DNA of 47,674 nucleotides from Perkinsus olseni (Eukaryota): NCBI GenBank assembly GCA_013115125.1, contig JABANN010000246.1, positions 1 to 47,674 of the forward strand, read 5' to 3'. Shown piece by piece: positions 14,351 to 25,800 of this stretch (position 1 is its first letter; each line of letters starts with the position of its first letter). The notes under the pieces were generated by a model. It saw only the letters and a program-made list of their open reading frames with translations, ran no database searches and was not told where the DNA came from. The position numbers and the translations under genes were made by a program.

Positions 14351-14919
14351 GGAGCGTGCGCACGGCTTCATCAGGCTGCCCGCCCTAGGCTTGTCCCGAT
14401 GCCGCGGAATGCGCCTCACTCGTGGGCCCGGACCTTCGCGGACCTCGGGACCACGCGGCTTACCTCGACGAAGAGACACCAACCTATCGAAAGCTCTGGC
14501 CACACTATCCACCATCCATATAGCGCTTGCTTCGCGACTGTTAGGCCAGTCGCGTTTGTAACGCGAGAACGATTCCTCGGTTGAGAAAACAGTACAGTGT
14601 AGACCGGCGATCGTAGTGAGCACGCGGCTAGCCACAACAGAGTCTAGCTGAGCTGACTATGTGATAGCACGCACAACGGAGGGGTACAGAATTGTCCAAC
14701 TGCATTTGAATGAATACCGACTACCTAACTGGTTATGAACCAATTAAGTATATAACGAAAAAAAATGATGCGCCTGTGCGCAAGCCCTTGACCTGGTCAC
14801 TATATAGTTACAGTACCCAAGTTAGAGATATCACAGGCTTTGATAACCGTGGACTACGGTCCGTAGTGTGATTCACAGCAAGGAGGCGGTCACCGCCTGG
14901 CGGTGTCATCACAGCCAAG

Positions 14920-15318
14920 TTAATCATCCACACCGTCAGTCATCACAGCATCTGCAGAGGTTCCCTCCGTCAGGCTCCTCCTGAAGGAGCCGCCACCGAT
15001 ACCTTGACCGGCACTGAAGCCAGTGCACTTGTTCTCGTAAGCCAAACAAGTCCGCATCCCATTGGTTTCAATGATGTACCAGGTACATACCGCGCAACCG
15101 GAGTCGTCAAGAGCGTACAGCGAGCGACCGGCAGCATGAGCTTGAGCGCTGTTTACGACGGAGTCGTCGCTGAACTTGTAGTGGTTCCCCACGACGTAAT
15201 CCTGCGCAATGTGGCTGGTGTTGAGCTCTTCCACATCATTGACCGCAGATTCATCGTTCGGAATAACGATGGCGACAGAAACGGTGTGCAAGGTTGCCAC
15301 AACGAAGGGGAACTTCAT
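14920..15318 (-). CDS. Small secreted Cys-containing peptide precursor, paralog 2 (132 aa)
   Basis: MKFPFVVATLHTVSVAIVIPNDESA signal-like start, acidic spacer, and a 4-Cys segment CAVCTWYIIETNGMRTCLAYENKC flanked by GRSL and RRSL. Confidence 0.65.
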   Translation of the reverse strand: MKFPFVVATLHTVSVAIVIPNDESAVNDVEELNTSHIAQDYVVGNHYKFSDDSVVNSAQAHAAGRSLYALDDSGCAVCTWYIIETNGMRTCLAYENKCTGFSAGQGIGGGSFRRSLTEGTSADAVMTDGVDD

Positions 15319-18300
15319 GCGGACACAACAAGCTGAGCGCAGAAGCGAGCCCGGCGAATCAAGACAGGCGAGAACCTTATTGCTCCGAATGATTCTCAGT
15401 GAGCTGGCAATCGACGTTGTCCCGCACTCGTGCATATCCACAACGCGAATGCCACACAACTCAACTCTACCCGATACAAATTGCATCATGCAAGGCAAAA
15501 GGGGTATACAGTATATCTCGAGCGTTCGGCCGTGTCTCAGCTATGCAGGAATCGACGTGTCTCGCTGATCGGGCCTACTCGCACACGCGAAGTTAGCACC
15601 AATTGTTGTGAAAATTGAGATGCAGTTGCACCGGAATCCTGCACACTCTGGGCTGACAGTCCAGCATTACTTTTCACAGGATGTGTAGCACCTCTAAGCC
15701 AGCAGTTACTGTATTGGTAAGATAGGATGCAGACATCTATGGAGAAAATCACGGGATAGCAATGGATACAACCGACGTGACGTCGGAAGCAGACTCTAGC
15801 TATGATTGCATGCTAGCCTAGCACAGGGGACATAGTAATGAACACATCAACAAAAATTCACCACGACCTGATTCCGTAGTGCCTCAATAGTTACTATTAT
15901 GTTGGTATGTTGGTGAGGGCATGCGTGATGGCCAATTAAGGGTCAAGTGTTGCGTTACTTGGTTGCATCTGTCTCCTTTGCTCTCTCGCCCCGTTAGACG
16001 AGGTTGCCATTCATTTATTGATGCTGATACTTCTTTCAGTCCTTCATTTCACCATTATGTTGAGCGGATACCTATCAGAACACAACACTCTGAATATCGA
16101 ACAATGCATCTATGCAATCCAACGCTAGTGTAAGCTCGCGCGCAGCTAGTGAGCTGCGCTGAGCGGCACGCTCCACGGCCTCTGAGTCAGAGGCCGCATG
16201 GAGTGTCAGAGGCTCTGACACTCCATGCGATCGCTGGAAATCTGCTTAGTGCGTCAAGCTCATGCTTGGTGTTGTACAACATTCCTGGCAGAAAAAAGCG
16301 CTCACCGTTAACTTCCTACGACACTGTCGTGAGAGTCTAACTGTCACGACGCTGCCGTGACGACAGCAATACTGTGACAGTACGGCTGAAGTGGCCAATA
16401 TCTAGGGAGACCCTTGCCGCCAATCTGATGAGTGACCCAGCTTCCGGCTCTTACACTGACATCGAACCAGTGGCAGTACCCCAGTTCTTATACTGACAGA
16501 GACAGCATTCCAGTCTTGCGAATGATGCGCTAAAACACCAGACAGCGGTCCAGTCGACTCAGACTCTGGAAGAGCCAGCTCACTGGCACCCGTTATTCGG
16601 GCTATGAGTTGGCTGTTCCTTCCTTCATTCCTTCAATGTTGAATCAATATTGTTGATATTTAATGCCCAAAGGAATCTCTAGGTATCCTGACTGTTCACT
16701 TCGCACCGGTTCGGTGAGTGGTACAGGTAGGTTTGCGAACAGCGGCGCTGTTAAAGCGTACTAGTCACACCACTAGGTTTCAACTAAAGCTGTTTCAGAT
16801 AGTACTCTGTACTAAGTACAGTGCCCATCGGTACAGTATCGAGATTCTTGATTCAAGTAGTACAAGGCAATTTGGTACAGTTCCAGTTCTCACTGGAGAA
16901 TTTCAGACTGTTGCAACCCGTACAACATTACCTCGGAGTTCGTGGCTCGAACAGTTCCGGTTCGTACAGTGGCCTCGCATACGGCCTAGGCCTGTGACTC
17001 AATTTGCTCCGGTGTGAATGACTCTCAAAGTCCTCAAACGTTGTTCACACCGGGGAGCAATTCGTTAGAGAATCTGTTCTTTTCAACTTTTCAACCTTCC
17101 ACCGCGAATGCGCCGATATATCGACCGAGGACGCTGAGGGTATGTTTAGATGAGTGTCGCCGCGACACTGCGATTGGTCCATGAGGGTTTCGTTCGGGGT
17201 ATGATCGGTGCCGAAGTGTTTGATCCATCGTTCACTTCGTCTCTGTTATTTTCGTCCGACGAAAGTGTGCGCGTTTCTCCTATTTTTTTTCGTTCCGTTC
17301 GACCAGGATTTTTTGCAATACGCGGACGTTTCATCGTGAAATGTTCAAAGATCACTCGTCGGTCTTTTCGGCTCAGGGTGCTACCTCCATATATGGGTTT
17401 GCTCAAGAAAATGACATGTCCATGTGTAGAACTTGGGACCATGGTCATCGAAGCCTGCTATACTGAGCAACTCATCATTATCACCGGTACATTCCAGCCT
17501 ATCCAAAACACACTTACCTTATGACTGCCCATTCGCTCAGCCAAATGATGAACTTCATCATCACACTGGCCATTGAGTTACTGTGTTGAACAGCTAAAAC
17601 GCCCTTGTCATAGGGCTGAACAGGAGACTACCGGGGAAACACGCGAACACACTTTTTGCGATAAAGTGATAAGGTTCATCAGATAAACCCTTCATCATCA
17701 TGAAGCCTTCATCATAATGAAGACCAGTGAAAGGGTCCAGAGCTGAATCCATACTGCTGAGACGTACTCAGAGCGTATTTTCGCCGTCAAACGGCACGGT
17801 GGGCATCGAGCTGCTTATTTCAGGGACGAGACCACGCCAATTTGTGGTAGTGGCGGCCACTACCACAAATTGGGCCACTAAGTGGCCCAGACCCTGGGCC
17901 CCAGAGCATATCCTCGAAAGAGTGGGTAAAACTGACACTGGTGAGACCCTCACTTCGCAGATTGGAAGTCACCCGGGTGACTCACCCGAATCGTTATTGG
18001 TATCATCATTCAGGGCAGTCAGATGATCTGACTCAGATTGACTGAGTCAGCCGCAGCAGTCATCGTTGAGATGACGACTTTCGAAGCTGCTGAGGGGTTG
18101 AGCCACTTCGCATGTATTTTAGGGCGAGCGGTAGGCGAAGATGCGCCGAGATCGGTAAGAAATGGCAAGTGTGCAAGATTGTCATTGCGTACAGAGCGTT
18201 TGCGGTAGATGCCAGTGGCATCATGCCAGGTCTAGGCTTCTCGTGCTGTAGGAAAATTACTCGTTTCTCGATTCTGATAATTTGAAATCTCGATGGCCTC

Positions 18301-18867
18301 GGCAGCAGTATCAGGTCGAATTGAAGGGCCAAGTTCGCCAAGCTCCTTCCACTAGAATTTATTTGTATTCCTCCCGAAGGATTATCGTCGATTGAATCTG
18401 CGTTTCATCGCCTCTCACAGCATCTCCATGGCTTGGAGGAGGAGAACTCGTAATTCTTGCCGATACATGATCGTTAATCTTCGACAGCAGTACAAATGTT
18501 GAAGATGGGCAGTACCGCATTAATGCCACATCACACGAGCAACAACGGAATTGTTATCGTCTGGTGTCTTTCACATTGCCCTACCTGAATTTGCCTTCGA
18601 AACAGTACCCCCATAGCGCACCGTAGGGGGTCGTTGGCAGCGAGGAAATGGATCGTTCTTTGGCGAGCGAATTATCGTTACCGAATGCGCTTGTCTCCCC
18701 TGCAGTGAGGATTGCGTCAATCATGAGTCGTGATGCTATCGTTTGAGTAAAGACATACCTGTGGATAATAAAATTGAGGTAGCAGATCTCTCGCCCGATA
18801 AAATTTTATTAATAATAGTAATTTTTTTTTCAAAATCGAAAAAAAATTTCGCCGGAGTGTACTTGGC

Positions 18868-20196
18868 GTGGGTGCAGCAGGTTTGACCACCGTCTTAGAA
18901 GATCGGCTGTTTGCGATGCACACCTGCGGAGCTCTCGTGCCATTCTTATTGTTATCGTTTGATGCAAGTCAGTTAAAGATGTTGATCGCTACTACATGCC
19001 TGAGGCCCTTCTTCGTAGTATGCCTCCTGTTACCCCTATTCTGCGACGCCCAGCCCAGTAATTTGTTGGTGTCTCCGTCAGAGCAACTTGTAGTGGAAGT
19101 CGCCAAGTGGAGCTCAACGACATCTACAGGCCCACCGCGAGTCGCCGTTGTTCTGCATAGTGACGGCCTCGTCGACTACTCAAATTACTGCGAGCTCAAC
19201 CGAGTGTTCGGGGCTGACCATGTGGGTGATCACGGAGAGATCTCTCACGACATCAGCGCTGAGCTCGATCGAATAGCTGCTTCGGTCGCTGGTGACCCGG
19301 AGTTCGCCCGGGTACGGTTCATCCGCGCATCCAAGGTTGACCCGCGGCAAGCACGCATAACCGTGTTTATCGGCAAGGACTGCCAAGCTTCCCTTCAAGT
19401 GACGCCTCGAACGGCGTTCCATCTCCTGCCCGGGTGGTTGGTCGAGGTCGACCTACCACTGTCACACTATGACCAAATTCCGGAATGGCTTCTCCAGACG
19501 GCGGTCGAGCGAGGGCTACCGCTGCTGGTCATGAGCACTGAGAGGGCGCCCTCTGGGCCGCTTTCCTATGGATATCTAGCTGACATGAGGGCCCACCAGC
19601 ATACCGGGTGTCACCATCATTCTCGGAGAGTTCGCCCGGTCCACAACGCCAGTGGATACTGCAACCCGTTGAGTTTAAGAGAAGACACTCCTTTGTGTAG
19701 GCGGCAGCTTTTAGTGGTTCAACAATCTGATGGAAATAACGAAACTCAGCTCCTAGACTATGATCATGGCGACGTCTACTTCCACAGCGATGATGATAGT
19801 GAAAATTTAGAGTCCTGGATTGAGGATTATTTTTATTCGAGATTGACGCCAAGTGCATCACTTGTGGTAGAGGAGGATGGTCGGGACCACAAGAGCGGCC
19901 CGGACGTGTTCAAGATTCTCTTCGTCGCACTTCTGGTGGCAGCGCCACACTACACGTTCGTTAAATTCAACGTGGCCTGTGCTGCCTCTATTCTGGTCAT
20001 AGCCTTTGCCGGTAACATTCCCGGTTCAATCATCGGGGCTCTGCTGGTGGCCTCTCGACGAGCTCGAGAGATGTCTAATTTCGTGGCGACCTTCAGCTCC
20101 TACCTGGCAGTGGGCCTGTCGTCTTTACTAATGTTTGGCAGTCATAGTGCCTGTCTACTCTGCCTCACCGGTACCTGCTCGTCAGGAGGAGCCTGA
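18868..20196 (+). CDS. Hypothetical membrane protein (signal-like N-terminus, several C-terminal hydrophobic helices)
   Basis: Uninterrupted 442-codon ORF. Likely ATG at MHTCG or MLIATT; hydrophobic FFVVCLLLPLFCDA; C-terminal ILFVALLVAA, ASILVIAFAG, YLAVGLSSLLMFG. Small extra exons up to about 20510 are possible. Confidence 0.6.
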   Translation: MGAAGLTTVLEDRLFAMHTCGALVPFLLLSFDASQLKMLIATTCLRPFFVVCLLLPLFCDAQPSNLLVSPSEQLVVEVAKWSSTTSTGPPRVAVVLHSDGLVDYSNYCELNRVFGADHVGDHGEISHDISAELDRIAASVAGDPEFARVRFIRASKVDPRQARITVFIGKDCQASLQVTPRTAFHLLPGWLVEVDLPLSHYDQIPEWLLQTAVERGLPLLVMSTERAPSGPLSYGYLADMRAHQHTGCHHHSRRVRPVHNASGYCNPLSLREDTPLCRRQLLVVQQSDGNNETQLLDYDHGDVYFHSDDDSENLESWIEDYFYSRLTPSASLVVEEDGRDHKSGPDVFKILFVALLVAAPHYTFVKFNVACAASILVIAFAGNIPGSIIGALLVASRRAREMSNFVATFSSYLAVGLSSLLMFGSHSACLLCLTGTCSSGGA

Positions 20197-20642
20197 CACT
20201 AAGTGGAGCTCGAGTATCGGGGTTAACTATTGTGCAGGCTAATGAAGTCTTAGCTTACCAGTTACAGATATGTAACTTAGTTGAGATTGATGCACCTGCA
20301 CCATTCACGGTCGTACAGCTAGTTTTTAACCCTCTGTCATTTTGTAAGAATTGGTTACTTAGCAAAGACAAGTTTCATCAAATCTGTGTTGAGTTCGAAC
20401 ACGGGAGTCTGTCTCCAATTGCACTCGTGTGAGTTTATTTTTGATGGGAAATCTAAGGCGGAATCTTCTTACGAGTTCAGTGTCAGCTATGCGCTGCTTA
20501 GCATGCTTTAACAGCAAGAGCCAATTTTCGAAAACTTTCAGCACAACGCCTGCAGGACTTCTCATCACAACTCCCAGTAGCACTGTGCAACAGTGGCAGC
20601 TAGACGATTGAAGCACCTTCTAGCTGTCTTGTACGGCTAGAG

Positions 20643-21773
20643 ATGTTGACGATTTACTCTGGCGCTGCTGGAACTGATTCCCATGTGTGGTCGTGTGAAT
20701 AATTTTTTTGGTTTTAGTATTTTTTCAAAGTGTCCTCAACAACCGTTGACTTAAAGACTTTCCTCTCGGCACCCATCCAGTCCGAAGCTCCAGTTGATTC
20801 TGGAGTTGCGAATACTTCCTCACTGAAGGAGGTTGTATTCGCGAGGAAACCTAGATGCCTTGTGTAAGTATCTTAGTACCTTGTTTGAGGCCATGGTGAA
20901 CCTTGGATACGTCTCTTTTTCAGGTATCTAGTACGTCGTCTTGGCTGAGGTTTATGTCAATACGCAGCCCTGAGGCTCTCTGCGATCTCTGAGGTTAGTC
21001 GCCTTTCGTGTGCTGTTTGGTAACGACTTTCACTGTGCAGATGCTGGCTGCGGAATTCAATTGTGACCATGTTCTAGTAACATGGCAACAAGGCGACACA
21101 AATGCCTTGGAAAACTTCAACGATGCGAAAGTGAGTGCATCTGCTTGTGATGACTTGAGTGATCGGGCTTGTTCTCAGGTCTCTGACCCTACTCGTCTGT
21201 TCTCTGCCTCTGATGACAAATTGTAAGTTTACACGCTTTTGTCTTTTTCATTGTTATCGTTGTTTACAGGTACCGAGCTTGCAGTGCTCATGGTGGTTGG
21301 TCGATGGTGAAAACTCTCACTCAGGGGGAGTTCATGAGCAGGAGCTTCTTCAAGGTAAGTGAGTGGTTTGGTATTGTGAGGCGTTCATCATTGAAACTTG
21401 TCTGTCAGAAATTGGGTGCATTCAATCACAACTATAAGGGTGGCAGCCTCAACGGTTCTGCTGTAGTGGTTCTCGAGAAGGCCGCGGATGGCAAGGGAGC
21501 GGAAGTTCTGTAAGTTTTTGGTCGCGACGTTGCGTCTCACACGTTCGACTTCAGTTACTCGTTGGCTAACAGTGAGTCCTTCGACGCTAGTGGTGTGGTG
21601 AAGGCTCTTGGTGGCAGTGAAGAGCAAGCTTCTTTGGCAGCTAAGAGAGCTGAGGAAGCCGTTGACAAGTAGGCTGGCGTCTTGAGCTAGTGCTGATATC
21701 TTCTTCGGTCTGACTTGGCGATGTATTTCTGCGGAGTCTTGGCTTCTTCAGGTATGTATCAGAGAGGGCCTAA
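20643..21773 (+). CDS. Selenoprotein of the SelU/PRXL2 (AhpC/TSA-like thioredoxin-fold) family with UxxC motif; Sec TGA at 20946-20948
   Basis: Exons 20731-20863, 20924-20993, 21041-21130, 21179-21222, 21270-21354, 21409-21509, 21555-21668 and 21752-21773 splice in phase at GT-AG. They give ...FARKPRCLVYLVRRLG-U-GLCQYAALRLSAISEMLAAEFNCDHVLVTWQ...SDDKLYRAC...GSAVVVLEK...YVSERA*. The first exon with ATG 20643 is tentative. Confidence 0.85.
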
Positions 21774-21807
21774 GGGCTGGGCGACTCCGACAAGAGAGAA
21801 TGGTCTC

Positions 21808-21876
21808 GAGCATTGAACGAATGAAGCGATTCGGTGAATTCCAATTGATGGAGACTGATTCGATGATGATGTGTCA
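21808..21876 (+). promoter_or_regulatory. SECIS element (type II) in the 3' UTR of the selenoprotein gene
   Basis: ATGAA (21821-25), helix GCGATTCGGT, unpaired GAA, mini-stem TTCCA/TGGAG, ACTGATTCGA, then TGAT (21864-67). This gives the UGAN/NGAN quartet, and GCATT/GATGT can form helix I. Confidence 0.8.
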
Positions 21877-22411
21877 TTGCACGAGTATTCCATACTCTGG
21901 CGTCCGGGTTTCATTGCTCTAATCCTCTTGTTATTCTTTGAGCTTATCAGACTTTTTAATCAGGACTGGTTTGTGTTGTGAGTGGGCCAAGGTGAAATGT
22001 CAACGCTAAGAGAAGCTGCCGATCTTTTGAAAAACCGGTTGTGAGGCATTGGTAGACGTTGCTGACTCCTGAGCTGCTTTTGTTGGAGAACTGTGACTTG
22101 AAAACATTTCGAGTTACTCTAGAATGATTATCTATCTATTGAAGACTTTACTAGAACTTCTCCCCTTCACAAAAAGACTTTTGTCGATTAATTTGTCGCC
22201 CTAGATAGAGTTCTCAATGTAAACGGAGAGGTATGTGCCGAGTTCCACCTCGTATGGGGAGTCCCGATCCGGGACATCCTTGAATCTGAGTGGAGAAAGC
22301 TCTGACTGGGGGATGTCGGTTACACAGAGCTCGACGAAAGCTCTCAGTCCGCATACTCAAGTAAGAAGGGCTGTAGGACTAAAACGGCTTCCAGTTGGCA
22401 TTAGCCATGAA

Positions 22412-22483
22412 GGGCTGAGCCGAGAATCGAACCCGGGACCTCGCGCACCCGAAGCGCGAATCATACCATTAGACCACACAGGC
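22412..22483 (-). tRNA. tRNA-Pro (anticodon CGG), two acceptor-stem mismatches
   Basis: Reverse complement reads GCCTGTG TG GTCT AATGGTA TGAT T CGCGC TT CGG GT GCGCG AGGTC CCGGG TTCGATT CTCGG CTCAGCC C. It is a 72-nt cloverleaf with A and B boxes. Confidence 0.88.
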
Positions 22484-22804
22484 GATGATTGGATACTTTG
22501 TCCCCCGGCGCCGTATGATTCCCTCAGCGCGTTTTCCTAACCACCCCGTACCTTGACTTGCCAACTCGTTTGTTACAAGCTAGTTTCAATCCAAAACCCT
22601 TGAGTCCCCCATCAGCCTATCAAACATTACTAGTTCCATGCTGTCGTTAGTGCTAGGCTCGCGTGTTTCTTCGCGCATTGCGATCGCGCTCGCGTTGTTT
22701 ATTGTTCTCGTCTATTCGTCTCCTGAGAGACGTGTCTCCACACGGCCCCCGAACAATGACAGTTTTACATTCTTTTCAATAATACCACTTATTGGCCTTC
22801 CACC

Positions 22805-25800
22805 ATGGCTCATCGACGAGTAAAGAATATAGATTATGATGAAGACGAGCACGGTTATTACGATGACTACTACGGTGATGATTACGGCGGCGACGATTAC
22901 TGGGGCGGAGACGATGGCAGTTGGTACTAAGGGGAGTTCGTACCAAGCGAAGCGATGCTCTCCTGTTTCATTTGGATCGCTTGTTACGAAAGGATCTCCA
23001 AAGCTGTGATCAGACCGGTGCTTCCGATTGCGGAATGAATCCACTTTGCACGTTAATGTAATCGGGGTAGTCCCTAACTTCGGTATTTCCAGGTCCTACC
23101 AGCCTCAGCCAAAGGCAAAATCTAAAAGCAAGGCCAGCAAGGCTGTTAAAGGTGAGTGAGTGTCGTCGACTGCCGTTATCGGACTTGAAGTGTCGAACGA
23201 TTATCATACATGGATGATTAAAAAACAATCGCCGTAAATCCCGTCTGTAGTAGCAGTGTGGATCTTCTTGACGGCCCATGATGGTGATAATGCAGGTAAA
23301 ACCGATTCCAAACCAGCGGCAGGGGTGAAGAATAATTCTGGAGGAGGGAAGAAGACGACGCCAAAAAAAGCAGCCGCGGCAAAAACACCGAGTAGTACTG
23401 GTTGGGGCGAGTAATGAAGCCTGCAATATCACATCATATAAAATATCAGTATAGAATCTTAAATATTTTTAAATAAAAAATTAACTTTTATCTTTAAATT
23501 CTATATTTGGATATAGAATATATAGGCAACGTATGATATCAAGAATATATTGTGTAGTGATCAATAGTCATACCATAATAGTATGAATACCGTATTGAAG
23601 CCTCAGTGACACTAGATGGTGAAGTCTTGATGGCTGTCGCGACCCTCCGCGCTAGATTGGAGTGAGGATGTTTGAGAAGGTACTTCGCAACAAAGTAAAA
23701 GTCACGACGAGGTCGTTGAGGAGCTGCATGGTCGCGTAAAGGACGCAGGGCTTCTGCCGAAGGGAAGGGTAATGCCACCCGGGTTCGATTCCCCCGAGGG
23801 TATCTTTCGTGTGGTAGATGCAACAGTTGGTGCGGCAGTCCTCGCGGTCGTTGTCGCGGGCGGAGGAGCTTGTCAAACAAGATGTGGAAGAGATTAAATT
23901 GAAGAAAGAGGAAGTGACAGCGCAGGTATCATTGGAGAATCTTAGGTTCATCCGGGGAAGATACAGAATTGGTCGGATAGTCTTATCAATCAGGCCCCTC
24001 ATATTCCGAAGATGTGCTTAGTGGTTGTTGGTCATGTAGACTCCGGGAAGAGCACATTGATGGGACATCTTCTCGTCGAACTGGTAAGTGCACATTCCGC
24101 CACCGGGGATCGAACCCGATACCTCCGTCGTGCCAGGGCCATGTATCCTCCCGAGAAATGCACCGATTCGCACGGGACGCTGCAGCGTGTGGCAAGCAGA
24201 GTTTTGAATACGCTTGGGTGAGTGTATATCGATGGCTAGTCATTTTCTCATAATCCCATCATGATAATGGATACCACCTTTCCGCGGAATCATCCCGACG
24301 ATACCCCCTCCAGGTGCTAGATGAAGGCTCAGATGAGAGGGAGCGGGGCGTCACTATCGACGTTTGTGTCAAGCACTTCACCACGCCTAAAGGAACGAGG
24401 GTAATTATCGATGGTATCTTTGTTCAGTGCGAAACACCACCTTCAACCTCGGATAATTTTACCCTTCCCTCGAAAAACGGTGCTGTATCTTCCTCTTCTA
24501 GGTGACTCTACTGGATGCCCCCGGACACAAGGATTTCGTCCCTAATATGTTGTTGGGAGCCGTCCAAGCCGACTTTGCCATAGTCTTGGCTGATGTAAAG
24601 GACTTTGATAAAGGCTTCACGAGAGGGGGTAATACAAGGGAGCAGGATGGCGCGTCGCGAAAGTATTGTTGAGTGAAGGTTGGAGTTGACACGAGTTGTG
24701 TCATTTTTTTGAGACGTATAGAAGGGTTTCAACTCCCGGGCGGGCAAGGAACGGTATTTTGAGCGGGCTGACTTCACTCCTACTGATGAGTCCTTCCACC
24801 CATTGATACAATTTCCCCCGAGAGCATTGTCCCATCGTAAAAGAGCCAGGCTCGAGACACGGTGGCTGATCATTCTCTCTCATCGGAGTCGCTGCTCCCC
24901 TATAGACCTACATGTGGTTTAAGATTTACATATTTTTGTGAAGATAGCGAACAACTTGTTGTCGTGGATCCCTGCTGAGGAGGCGTGAGGGTCTTGCGCT
25001 CAGCCAGACGCTCTGCAACAGAGTGCCGTCGTTAATACCTTGCGGTCGATTCTCTGCGATCGTGTTGAAGAGCGAATCTTGGCTCGCTTCTGGGGAAGTA
25101 CGGGATAGACGTGGGACGGTGAAGAGGTCTAGCGGCACACTGTCACCGTCAGTGTGATTAACAGTCGCTGTGGTAGTTAGTTTAGTCTCTGAACTTGTTA
25201 GACAATTTAATTCAACTTGGTCACCTGAACGAGTCTTGTTTTCAATACGAGTTGATCATTATCGTCAGGTCAAACGAAAGAGCATATCAGATTGCTAAGG
25301 GCCCTCGGCATTACCAAGATTATAGTAGCGATTAATAAGATGGATCTAGTGGGTAGTATCGGGTGTAGTATGAATGGAGAGGGGAGACGTGTAATGTAGC
25401 GGTACGGGTGATGGAGATATTGATGATCGGAGTGTAATGACTTGAATGATTCAGCTGAAGCTCCAAAATTTTCCACCACTCCTAAGGAGTCTTTCTTTCG
25501 AGCGTGAAAAATGGTCTGGTGGTGGAGTTCATGGTTCATCATCCTTTCACCCAGGATCGAATCCCGGGGTGTATTGACTGCAAAGGTTATGCATTTTCAG
25601 ATTATTCCCAAGAACGGTATGATAGAGTTCACGATGAGCTGCAGACGTTTATGGAGGGGGAGTGTGGTTTCAAGGGCCACAATGTCACCTACGTAATACA
25701 ACTCGAACCATCGCTGGAATCACCCGACAATCGTTCGGCCAGGGTTAATGCAGCCGGGAGCCTCAAAAATGGTCATTTTTTGGCGGGATTGATCGGTCTG

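Noticed and set aside
18060-18740. Possible small spliced gene on the minus strand
   Set aside because: I could not build a consistent exon chain or recognise any motif
23424-23600. Very AT-rich patch with a small hairpin
   Set aside because: Lies within an HBS1 intron; no termini or target duplication support an element
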